A DNA stretch of 64,000 bases from Selaginella moellendorffii (taxonomy: Eukaryota; Plantae; Lycopodiophyta), in the NCBI RefSeq assembly GCF_000143415.4, contig NW_003314306.1:232029-296028 (forward strand), read 5' to 3'. Numbering within the stretch: the first letter of the stretch is position 1; each line of letters begins with the position of its first letter. Made by a program: the position numbers and the translations under genes. Below the pieces are notes generated by a model. That model made no database searches. It saw nothing but the letters and a program-made list of their open reading frames with translations, and was not told where the DNA came from. This document shows, one piece after another, positions 37,641-50,057 of the stretch.

Positions 37641-40600
37641 ATATTGCCAATTCAAATGTAAACTAATATGCCTCACTCAAAAGTTTAAGAAAAAGCTCAT
37701 AAAAATGGTACATTTTAGAATCTAGCTAATACTAAGCAAAAACTAATACAACATGGTATAAATGGTATGCACCAAAATCCATTATATTGTGGTAATAATG
37801 AATATATAGATGACTTGATCATCACAACCAAAAAACAAATTCTAAAATCAAGTTTTACTTTAATATTTTTGGTTTGCTTAAGCAAACCTATGGGATGGTA
37901 GTGAATATACCTAGAATATCCTTGGATATTCTGGGATATTCTACCATCTAACGGTTGGTATTCATTTAGATTAATCTGGTATTTATAATTTATAAACATG
38001 TTTATAATTTATAAACTTTCCTAAACCCTTTCTAGTATATTCTTTTTTATTCTATTATCTAATGGTTGATATGCAATAAGATTAATCTTGTGTTTATAAA
38101 TTACTAACATGCTTATGATTATAAACTTTATTTGATCAATTAGATTAATAAGTAATAATAAAACTACCATTAAGCAAACCAAGCGTTGCTACATGCAACG
38201 CATAGCAATTTATTAAAATATTACCCAAGAAAATTGATAAATTTCCTTAATCTGTGATAAACACAACAAAACAATCACATGTTACCAAGTTGATATTGCA
38301 TCACACACCATATGTTTATTACATCATATGGTAGTAAACTCATAAGGTAGGATTCTATACTCTACCCACCTAAAAATTTCTCTTACTCTCTTTTGCCTTT
38401 GCCTTTGCTCCTTTTTGTAATAGTTACATCCTTTTTAATATACCACAAAAGGGTACACATTAATTTTTATTTTTATCCACGTTATAATGGATTAGGGTGC
38501 CATTTTAATTTACCCTTACAACTTGGTAATTCATATGCTATAAGGATTGTAATAAGGTACTTAACTTTGGTAGAGCTATTGTTTATAAAGAGGGAGGGCA
38601 TGGTTCTAGTTCCAATTTCAAGAAGGCTAGGATATTATGTTTCAAATACAAAATTTAGATATAGATTTTACAACTTGTTTATCTTTGGAAAAAAAGAGAA
38701 ACAAAAGTCAATTATAAAAATATATATAACCTAGTGACTCACTTGTAATTATATAACCTCAACTTAGTTGCTATCTAGAATATTAATTTTCAATTGTATC
38801 ATCCAGAATAACATTTTATTGTAGAGACCTTCATCAAATGTTTAAGAAAGCTTTGTATCCTTCTTCATCTTTGCAATAAATTCATTGCTAAAGTAGAATG
38901 GTTTCCCTAATGGGATATTTCTCATAATTGCTAATCTGCTTTTACTTTTTCACAAGTTCATCCCATTATAACTCACATTGATTTATTATGCAATGAAATC
39001 TTTATGAATATAAAATTGTGAAGATGCATAGCCATTTTTTTTGTTCTTTCATAATTTTTATATGACCACTACCTTCTAGATCCTTCTCCCTTTCCATCCT
39101 TTTTATGTATTAAAATTATGTTCTCATTAGTAAACCATTTTATTTTCTATTTTTTATTTAAATTTGGTTTATTCTGGGAAAAATGTTTAGAAATTAAAAA
39201 ATAAATATAAATTATAATGATTTTACCTCTGAAATATTTATTACTCTATCAAGACAGCCAAAAAAAATAATAATACTATAAATGAGGAATTTTCAATTCC
39301 CCTTTATACATCTTTGTTGCAAAATTGTATTTAAAATGAAGTAAGAAAAAAATTAAAAAATAAAATTAGTTCAAGGAAATAAAGATAGTTTACATTGTAG
39401 AAATGTTTGGAACAAATCCAATCACTAGATTAAATGTACTAATATTAGGCTAAAAGTTATTATAAAAATTTGCAGTAGATTTTTGGAATGTTAGGGGACA
39501 TATAGGGATAAAAGAACCATTAAAAATGCTCTTTCAAGCAATTGCCCTTTTTTAGTTGGTTTTAGGGGAGAGAGATAGGGTGTGTTACATGTTGTATCAA
39601 AGAAAATGATATGAATTTGATTCCTATTTTTAAAATTTAATATACCTTTGAGTATAATATATTTTTACTCCTAAAATTGAAATTATATGTATAGGGTATC
39701 CATGAGTATGTTGATAGTCAATGAGGATATTGACATCTCTAAAAAGAGGGTAAATGTAACATATATGATCATAGGATAAAATTTAGATATATTGTAATTG
39801 TGGATTCTTAGAATTTTTGGGGATATATAAAAATAAAACACTAAAAGCTCTTTTATCCCCTTTTTCCAGTTACCTTACAAGGATAGAAATAGAGTATATT
39901 ACAATTCCTAAGTGTATAATCTACTTTTAGCATGTTTAAGGGTTACATTTTGCTTCATAGTTATTATATAGTAATTCATCATAAAGTATATAGTCAAAAT
40001 TATATATACTACATTTAGTATTAAAAGATTAGTCTTAACTCAAAATCTATTTAATGAGCCTAAGAAAAAGTTTATATATTATGGTATAAAATTATACATG
40101 CCAAAGTCCATATTAAGGGACATATGCAAAGCCACAACAATTATACATGTACCCACTCGAATCATCATTTTCATCTTTAAATATATAACAATTGCAAATA
40201 TCGAATAAAGTAATAGTATTTTCTTACATATTTAGTTCTAACTTATAACACTAGATTATTTATGAGTACAAGTATTCACAAATTGTCATGGTATATGGAG
40301 GCAAAAATTATTTCGAAGAGTCATTCTGTATTATAATATTGAACTAATGTTGCATTTATTCCTTCCACTTTAAAGGCATTTTCACTTGAAAATCTTTCTT
40401 GAATAGTGTTTGATTCTTCAATAAATTTTGGATTATGTTCTATAATATATTTTAAGAATTTATAAGTGGGTTTACATTCTTTTTTCAAACTATTTTTTTG
40501 TAATTTCATTTCATTTGTATTGTCTTTTTTATTATATTAGAATCTTTAGTGGAAATATTCCCTATATGTGAGGGGATAATCTTTTGATACTACCTAGTTA

Positions 40601-41043
40601 GAAATGTAAACATAGTATGCATCTTTTTCATAGATACCGAATTTAACTATGCTATAAATAGAAATAAATCTTGAAGGAAATTTTATTAATAAAAAAAAAT
40701 GAATGCCCTCTTACTTGTTTTAGAAAAGTGCAATTCTGCCACTTTCAAGAAATGCCCCATATATTTTCTAGTGTTTGGTGGAAATAATGGTAATGATTAG
40801 TATGATGGTATATATGCTCTTGCGACACATTGCAACATCATGCACCCGAAAGACTACCATGAAATCTTTTTTGAGATGGTAAAGATAAAAATGGAGACAC
40901 ACGAGTACTATGGGTAGTATTGCGAAAAGAACACTCAGAAGCATATAAAATGAAAAGTGAAATGAAAAAGCATATTTTTATTAATTATATAAAATATAAA
41001 AAGTTTTATTGATAGAGAATAAACATCGATAGTGTTGGAAAAT

Positions 41044-44000
41044 TTAGTTAGCTCCAAAAGTTTTCTGCAACTCAGCAATAGTAAGGCTTGCTTGGTATAT
41101 ATGAATATCCACTTTAGGATCCTGGTGCAAGATGTTGATGAAGATGTAGTACATATGCTTGTAAGGAGCATATGCCTTCCCATGTTCCTCGTGCTTCGTA
41201 AAGTCTGGACATGTGCAAGAAGGAAAGTCGTGAATGGCAATTGTGTACTCTCCACCTTCTGTTTTGACTACGTACTCATTTGCAAGTGCAGTGATGTACT
41301 TCATGGAGAGAATCTCACACTCAAGTGTTTGAACCAAGTTTATTTTACCTTGCTTCTACTTGAAAACGGTACCAATAAATTTAACTGCCTTACCTTTTCA
41401 TGCTGGCCTCCTATGCATCTCTGTAGGAATAATCTTGGTTCTGTCACTCATGTCTCCAATTCTCCTCTCAAGATTGAAACCAGATTTCTCAAGGTTTTCA
41501 ATCTCATCTAAGGTGAGTGTGACCCCATTAGCAACCGGCCATTCTTTAGGTACTGCATCAGGTTTAGTCACTATAGTGTCTTTAAGCCGCTTCGTATGGT
41601 TGGCGTCAGTGTTGCAACAATATAGTTAGCACCAATCTCAAAAATCCTGCTTGCTTTTGTTCCCCATAAAAATATGGGGCTGGAACAGAAGCAGATTTGT
41701 CACCACGAATCCAGGCCCAACACTTGCCCCTCGGAAGCATCCCCACACACCTTATATTTAATTTTGCTGGCACGCGTCGGATTGCCCATTGCTTCGGCTC
41801 CATGCTACGATAAACAATTTCAATTTGTTGTGATGCACTCTCTTCATCAGCCACTTGAGGTGGCTCATTCCGAGAGTGGTGTTTTGGAGCAGAATGGTAC
41901 TCGACATCAGGCTTGTGAGAGCTTTCGCTCCAAGGTCCGTACCAACATCTTCCCCAGCAAAGGAAAAATGACGCTTTGAGCAGACAGTCTTCACCAACAG
42001 AAGCTCGGGGAGTGTACTCCATAGATATGCCACAGACCACTTTCTCAACTGCAGTTGCCACTATTTGGACAGGTGGAGTTAATTTTCTCTTCATCCTATC
42101 ATGTAACATCTCAATAGAAGGCCTTGTTCCCATGTATCTTCCTTCCTTGAATGCCAGTGCTTTTGAAGATTGCTTTATAGCACGTATCAAATCTTATAGA
42201 TAGGCTTCGTATATACTCATCTTCCCTTTCCCTGCCTCAGAGGAACGCCAACTCCAGTGCTTACTTTCGTAGAGATTCACAGTTGGGGTGTATGCGAGGT
42301 CTTCAAGTGGTTGATCCTAATGGAAAAGGCAATATTAAGAGGTAATAAAAGGAGAAGAAAAAATAGAAACCAACCTGAAAAGAGTGATATCCCCACTAGA
42401 ACATCCTAACTTCCCACCATCCTAACCATGACTCAAGTTGTGGTAGGCAACTTACGTCTATATGGCCATCTTCATGCCACCACATTCAGATCTCGTTTGC
42501 TTTTGCTTCATGCTCTTTTTCAGAAGGTGCAACTTGCAATTGTTTGCACAACTCCTTAAATATTGATTGAAACTCTGGCTTGATAAGGTGGCAGTGCTGG
42601 TTTAGGCTTTGAGCCCAATGGAACTCACAAGTCCTCTCACGACCTTCCAATGGCTGACCATTCCCAAAAACTGCTCGAACACCATTCCAGTTTGCACCAG
42701 CCCCATCTGCCATGAAACTGCAAAAGTTTACAAGCTTACCAGTCCGCTTTAGGACAATATCGGAGAGGGACTTCCAAAATATTTTCTGTGTTGTTTGGTC
42801 TTGTACTTTAAACTCTGTTGTCGCAATTGTTAAGTTACAACGTAGCCTATGAAAACACAAATATTACAACAATTTCAATATAATGAGAATAAAAATTACT
42901 TTGGGTCATATATATGAGCTTCCATGGTTGTCCAACCTGATACACGCTCCGTATGGTCAAAATGTACCCATGTATTTGCAAGGTCACTAGACCCAAACAT
43001 GTCCATTCGAGAGACAAGATCTACACTAGAGGCAGGGCCCATGGTAGACATTTTGAAGACGAAGGAGCACTCTTGCTCATTCACAACTTGGTCTGGAAAA
43101 AAATTTCTGTGGATGAACTCGTATGGACAGGTCTATTTCAATTCAAGGATGGAGTCAATTTTTGATTGCAACTTTCCCTCTCAAGATTCATACATCCAAG
43201 ATTTTATCCTAAAAAATATAATATAAGAAAAAATTATTATTATAACATATGAAATATAACGGATGTACCTCCTTAAGCTAATAGGAGGTTGTACTCCTCG
43301 TAGTAATTCTTGCAAGCTAGCCTCGTTTAGTTGAGTCTTTTGGCAACCTGGATTGAGTAAAGTGTTTGCAATAAAATTCTTGAGGACGGTCTTCTGAACA
43401 TGCTTTGGAGTTGTAAATGAGTTTCTCATAGTCTCTTTTTGCACAACATCTTTAAAATAGTTGAGAGAACTCCTTTGTATCCCTTCCTGTATTGGATGCA
43501 TGTGTGTGCCAACATGCACTGTAGGTCTTCCAACCACTCCATCCCATGAAAGAAAGTAGTACATCTTGGCCTCGCAAATAGCATGACATAGAGGAGAATT
43601 TTTGCAGAATCAACACTTGAATCCAACAGCAATGGTGTCACAGGTTAGAAGATTGACTGTAGACCCTTCAAAAAATATAGAGTTTCTACAGCGGTCTCGA
43701 TTGCATGCTTCATCTATACAATCTAAATGCCTACCACAATAAACTATAGACACTATGCCTTCAAAATGTTGGAAGTGTGTGGTTTTGATCTTGCACAAAT
43801 TGTGGACATCTTACTTGGTTTCCATCCCCTTTCGTTTGGAACCTGTGTTGCTAACAAGAGGTGGTAGCTTGAAGAAAATGTTGCCGTTGTAGGAAGATGG
43901 AAGCTCACTCACAAGCCTATACAAAAACAAGTGCACGTCGATTGAGAGGCGTGAAAACTAGAAAGCATTGCTAACGGCTTTGAATATTGTTGAAGTTGGA

Positions 44001-44191
44001 GCTGAAGCTAGAGCTGGAGCTGGTGAATTTGGCACCGACACTAGCATGACTTCTCCACTTGAACTAGAAGAGGATGAGAAGATAACAACTGACTCTTGCT
44101 TCACATTCATTTTGGTTGGAGTGCATTTGGCATTTTGACTGGAGATCCAAACACTCGAATCTCCTTCGACTTGGAATTTTGTAAATCCCAT
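41044..44191 (-). pseudogene. Mutator/IS256-superfamily DDE transposase with N-terminal Cys/His region and C-terminal SWIM finger; spliced, with stops and frameshifts
   Basis: WVHFDHT (D1), FMADGAGANWNGVRAVF (D2), TCEFHW (CxxH), TVNLYESKH (E), SWIM-like SCTCPDF..APYKHMYYIF. Confidence 0.85.
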
Positions 44192-45271
44192 TGTTGTCCA
44201 CCCTCGCCCACACCAGAAAAAAGAAACTCCAAGTATGCAACTATACCGGTGTCATTGCGAATCACAGCCTCTAAAGAAATAGAGCCAAGACGAAGATCAA
44301 AACGCCGACATAAAAAACTTTCAGAAACAATACTCTGAGAGAATGAAAGAGGTGGGTGATCTCAAAAATGAAGAAGAAACCTTTCCATCATTCTCAATAG
44401 GTTTTAGAGTTCTCTCTATTTATGCTACTTGTAAAAATCCATAGTGAAACATAATTGAAATTTAAATAGAGTAATAAGAAGATAACATACAAAATGAATT
44501 TAAATTCTATAGCAAATTTAACATGTTCAAGTGTGACAGTATTAATATTACTGTCATCTATTATAATGTCTGATGCATGTATACATATAGATCCAAGGAA
44601 GGATTTTCAGCACGTGAAGTTTGATAGTTAATAATGATACCAGTAATGACATTCTGCTATAGTGTGTTAAAAAAAGAGATCCAATCTGACTGTCAGTATG
44701 TGTGATATATCAAGTTGTCAAATTTTAAGTGGTAGATGATAATAAATCTTGATAATAAATCTTGTCAAATCTTATTCTTCACTGACAGATTTTATTTGTA
44801 GTACAACTCAAGTTTTATCTATAATTGTGAACACTGCTCAATGACATTTAAAGCACGTGTCTATTGTTTAGGATCTAATACAACACACAATAAATTTCTG
44901 GATGAGGATTCATCTATTCATAAATGGATATAGTACAACATATTTTAACATGCCTTATTTATACTCTTTAAAGTTCTTGTAATAATTCCACAATATGTAC
45001 AAAATATTGATGAGAATGCATCCTTTCTAGATAATTTATAAAATATAATATCATATCTCTAATAACAGAAATGTTGATAGGTGCTAGTTATATCATCATT
45101 AAAATATACAAAATAAAGAAGCATAATTTACATATAATAATAATGATAAGATAAAATAAAATCAAAGATATTGTGATGGTTGAGATTTAGGTTATTCGGA
45201 ATGAATGGCCAGGATGAGAGATTGGTTAAGGTTAGGGCAGCCATCAGGTTAACGTTAGGTTACTATTCGAA

Positions 45272-45465
45272 GAGATTGAGAGATTGAGCACGAAGGAGAT
45301 CGAGGGATTGAGCACGAAGGAGATTGAGGGATTGAGCGCAAAGGAGATCAAGGGATTGAGCGCAAAAGAGATTTAGGGATTGGGCGCGAAGGAGATCAAG
45401 CAATTGAGTGCACAAGAGATCGAGAGATTAAGCGTGCGAGCAGGAGAGATTGAGCACACAAGAAA
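45272..45465. repeat. 24-bp tandem repeat, about 7 copies, just upstream of the ParB-MTase ATG
   Basis: Unit GATTGAGCACGAAGGAGATCGAGG with variants. Confidence 0.85.
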
Positions 45466-45488
45466 TCCAGCACGATCAAGAAGGAAAG

Positions 45489-48400
45489 ATGCCACCAAGG
45501 GTGAGTTTCAATTTGATTGCTTCCACTTCCATTTTTTTCTTGCTTCTTTCTTGATTGCTTCTTTAGGGCCAGCCACCTCAGGCAGTTTTTCTGGCCGAGG
45601 GGCCAAGGTTATTTGAATAACCTTGGCCCCTCGAATGGCCAAACTGCCCGAGGTCAAGTTTGGGCCGGCCACCTCGGGTAGTTTCGCTGGTCAAGGGGCC
45701 AAGGTTATTTGAATAACCTTGGCCCCTTGGCCGAAAAAAAATGCCCGAGGTCGAGCCCGGGCCGGCCACCTTGGGTAGTTTGGCCACCCGAGGGGTTAAG
45801 GTTATTTGAATAACCTCGGCCCCTCGGCCAACAAAACTGCCTGAGGTGGCCAGCTCGGACTTGACCTTGGGCAATTTGGCTGTTTGAGGGGCCAATGTTA
45901 TTGAAATAACCTCGGCCCCTTGGGTGGCCAAACTGCCCAAGGTTGAGCTTAGGCCGGCCATCTCGGGCACTTTGGCTGCCCAGAGGGCTGATGTTATTCA
46001 AATAACCTCGGCCCCTCCGGCCCCTAAAGTGCCCGAGGTCGAGCTCGGGTTGGCCACCTTAGGCACTTCGGTGGCCGAGGTGGAGTCTAGGCCCACTTGA
46101 TTTTTTTTTTCTCTTTGACTGTTTGAATTTCTCATTATTTTTATTTAGTTTGATTAACAAAATTTTTTCTTTTGTAGAAAAGGAAAATTGTAACATATAA
46201 AAAGGTTGTTGGAGCCAAGAAGACATGAAAAGTTCAATTCAGCACTGACGATGACATCATGATTGACATGTCCATTGGCACAATAGAGACACATTTAGTT
46301 AGAGATTCACCACCTCCACCACCATCACCTCCACCATCACCACCTCCATCACCGCCATCGCCACCTCCACCACCTCCATCACCACCTCCACCACCAACAT
46401 TGCCACCGCCACCACCAGCATTGCCACCACCACTGCCACTATTGCCTCCACCCCTGCCGCCACTGCCACCACCACCACCTCCACCATCACTACTGCCACC
46501 TCCACCTTTACTCCTCACTAGCCCACCACCAGTGCAAATCTCTGAAGTTGGACAATCTAGTGGTGTTCACGATAAGGAACATGAGGAACAGTCTGGAGCT
46601 GAAAGAGTTGCAGACCTTCCTGACAACGTAGTGGACAAGCGCTTCCAAAAGATTGTTATGCGGATAAGGGAAAAAACAGTTCACCAAACACTTGAGGCGC
46701 TCAAGTGGCTAGGCCCTTGTGACTTGATCAAAGAAATCCCCCTTTGTCATTTGCAGTAGATGAACTTTGTCCGCACAACATCCAAGTATGTCAACCCGGA
46801 TATATATAGCTTGTTCAAACAGAATGGCCTTGCAACAAATATCAATATGTTTCTAGTCTCTTTTTGCAAGCCAGGAACAATGGAGATCATTACCGTCACA
46901 CCCGAGATTGTGAATAGCTGGGATCCTATTTAGAGGAGGAAGTCCCTAGAATTTTATGACATGCTTATTAGACATCCTAAGACTTGACAACTTGCGGGGA
47001 TAATGTTCCAAATTATTGACGGTAACCACCGATATGGAGCTTGGATGAAGTGTATCGACGATCATTTTTGCGATGATCCCGTCTACCATATCAATGTTCC
47101 AATCGGCTATGTCTATGCGAGGGGACCTTTGGATGTCAACAGACTTATCTTGGCCTGCCAAAAGATTAATGCGTAAGTTTTATAGTTTTACCTCTAGCTC
47201 CACTTTAACTTGTTTTGTTGTGTTTAAATGTAGGCTTGGGCAGTTCGCTGTTCAGAAACAAAACCTTGTCCATGACATCGAGTAACTTCAATTTTTAGCA
47301 GACTTGAGTGAGGATGACATCTGCCAACATTATGGTGATGATCTCGCAACACTTGTTCGGCACTCACACACTCGAAATGATGGTACAACTTGGTTCAATA
47401 ACCCAATCAATTTTATGCTCGCTGTGTGGTGTAAGGTATGTCTTTCCCTTTTTATTTTATAAAAGCCTCTTTTAATTGTTTTGGTTTTTAGGCTTTGATG
47501 AAGGTTAAGCAAGATGCTTACAAACTTGCATATCCGAAGAAGAGTTGGGAAGAGCTCTCAATTGAGTTCGTACAAATTAAGCACAAAATTCAGCATGCAA
47601 AGTCCTCAAAGTTGAAGAAACTAATATGCAATCGCAAGCCGAAGGAGTGGCTAGAGACTATAGCCAAAATTTCTTCTTATGAATGTAAGTTTCTTATCAC
47701 ACTTCATTTTTCTCAATTATGCATATGTTATTTTTGTAGTGAACAAAACTCCAGATGACATGATTTACAATATCACAAAATCAAAGCTTCTATATAAGTA
47801 ACAGATAGAGACTCTAGAGTTCCTCAATGTTTGTTTGATGAATAGAGAGAAAGGACTACCAGAACTATTTGAGAACATAATGAGAAGGGTTGTCTACATC
47901 ACGCAAACTATAAGTGAAGGTGAGAAGTTCTTGGCACCACACATTAGTGACGATCCAGATGGCACATTCATGTCTTTCGACACTTATATCAACATGTCAT
48001 TAGAAGGGATTGAAGAGGGGTGGCTGCCAGAGAAGTCTACAAGTATAACAATTTATGATTGCCAACATGGTCAGCCTTATTTCATGCGACGTGCAGCTTA
48101 TAGGTATAATATAATTTCTAAGATTGTTTTTTAATATATATTATTTACAGGTATCTTCGATAGAGAGGCATGCCATTTGAGGCACCAGTTTGCACTCGAC
48201 TTGTTGCAAAAGGTGTAATGGATAGAGGAATGTACCCAACAATATTTGAGAGAGTTCCGAAGGCACGGAAGATAGAATGCCCTTGGGAGTTGGAGCTCAT
48301 AGGGAAGGAGACCTCTACACTAGATCACAAGGAAGTTATCAATGCTAGCAACAATGGTAATGCAAGTGACAATGGAGATGAGGATAAAGAAGCTCCAGAT

Positions 48401-49748
48401 CAAGTTCGTGTTCCACCATCAGACAGCCAGGATCAGGCTCCAGTTCAACCATCGAACAACCAAGATTCGGATTAGGTTTTACCAGTAAATAACGATGATC
48501 AAGTGGTTCACAGAATATCACATCGACCTCGAGGTAAGCAAAAGTGAATTTTACAAACTAAAGGTGGTAATACATGTTTTTTGCAGCAATGACTGTTGAA
48601 TTTTATTCCATCTCGACAAGATGCTCATGAAGAGGAGTTGGAGGAACTCTCATCGACAACACACCATATGATGGTAGCATACTTATTACTTTTTTCATTC
48701 ACTTAGCTCTTTTATAAGTTTGTCTTGTGTCCCCAATAACACAACGAGGCATTATGGGTATCTTCATTGGCTCTTACAGTAGATTGTTGACATCTTTCAT
48801 GGAAGATGACATCAATATGGATATACAGCGCCAGTTCAATTGTTGGTGCCGAAAGATACAAAGGCCTTTGCTCCTAGTTGCGGACGTCATTCTCTTCGAC
48901 TTTCTAGATGGTCTTTCAGATATCGATGGGAAAGTTGAGGATTAGAACTTTCTCACACCTGACCATGTGTGCAATGCATTCCTATTGTCCGAAGCATTTA
49001 TGCTCGAAGCTAGCCATGTCGTTTTCATCCTACTGAATAACCCCAATTGGATGTATGAGCTTATGACGTGCACAACAGAAGTTCATTTCAAGTCATTCTC
49101 TTCCAGGTGCATCATGGATCCTATTGGTGTCAATACGAGGGGTGTCCAAGGGAAGCCTGAAAAGGTGAGTATGTATATTTTTATCTAATTTCTAAACATT
49201 TTTATTTTCTAGGTTATGATGTGGACTTATCATGCCTTTTGCAGCGAACGTGCAACACGTGTTTTGCTTGGGTACGACAGTTCCACTAACATCATACCTA
49301 ACTTTGTGGATGAGCAAATCTGCAACACATTTCCAAAGTACCAATTTTGAGCTCCATCGGCAATGCAAGTCTTGCTTTGCCCACCAGATGGTGTTGTGAT
49401 TAATTGCACAGCAGGTAGTGGTTCTATGGTGGAGCCAGCACGTGACTTTGGTAGGTCGGTGTTTGCTATTGAAGAACATCATTTCCTCAAATGCCGGCTT
49501 AGAGGATTTCGTGAGTTGCCTCCAACTTCAAGGAGGTAAATTATGTTTATTAAAATTTCAATATATGTTTAATTCTATTTTATAGATCACAGTCACCTGG
49601 ATTTTCTAGAATTGAAGGCTTTGGAAGTCTTCCTGACTATGCAGAAGCCATGGCTCAACATATGCAAGGTGAATCTTCCCCACAATACCAATATAGGAGG
49701 AAGTATAAAAGAAATCATTATGTTGATGATGAGGCAAAAGAAAGTTAA
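45489..49748 (+). pseudogene. Spliced gene for a ParB/Srx-like domain fused to a beta-class N4C/N6A DNA methyltransferase-like domain; several in-frame stops
   Basis: Exon 1 ATGCCACCAAGG|GT (45489-45500) splices in frame to 46178, giving MPPRKRK. Then a poly-Pro tract, FQIIDGNHRYGAW (DGNHR 47018-47032), ADVILFDFLDG (about 48880-48912), CPPDGVVINCTAGSGSMVEPARDFGRSVFAIE (about 49378-49473), and the end YVDDEAKES* at 49748. Confidence 0.7.
45565..46095. repeat. 96-bp-period array of alternating palindromes and inverted repeats, 5 units
   Basis: Perfect 18-bp arms CGAGGGGCCAAGGTTATT-tg-AATAACCTTGGCCCCTCG at 45596-45633; palindrome centres near 45614, 45710, 45807, 45903 and 45999. Confidence 0.95.
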
Positions 49749-50057
49749 TTGCATCCTTACATAAAATGGAAAGCTTGTTATATGTTAGATATTAGTGAAA
49801 GTGTCAGATGTCAGTAAAATTGTCAGATGTCAGTGTCAATGTCAGATATCATAATTGCAGATTATCATTCTCACCTGTCACCATCACTTTGTAGCGCTTG
49901 TGTGTTGCCATCTCCTCCTTCAACATTTTGTAAACAATTGTATATGATATGATAGCACCTTCTAGAACAAAGTATGTTACCTACAACTAATATCATTTTA
50001 TTATATTTTTTCTTTTAATAGTGAAAATACTATAGTATAGTAAAGTAATTTTAGATC

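Noticed and set aside
38177-38205. Hairpin GCGTTGC-TACAT-GCAACGC as a Helitron 3' end
   Set aside because: No CTRR terminus at the expected distance and no matching 5' end were identified.
45565-46095. CRISPR-like interpretation of the regularly spaced palindromes
   Set aside because: The intervening sequences are copies of each other rather than unique spacers, no cas genes are present, and the context is eukaryotic.
46259-46759. Proline-rich ORF as a standalone extensin
   Set aside because: It has no signal peptide and is part of exon 2 of the ParB-MTase gene, whose frame continues past the stop.
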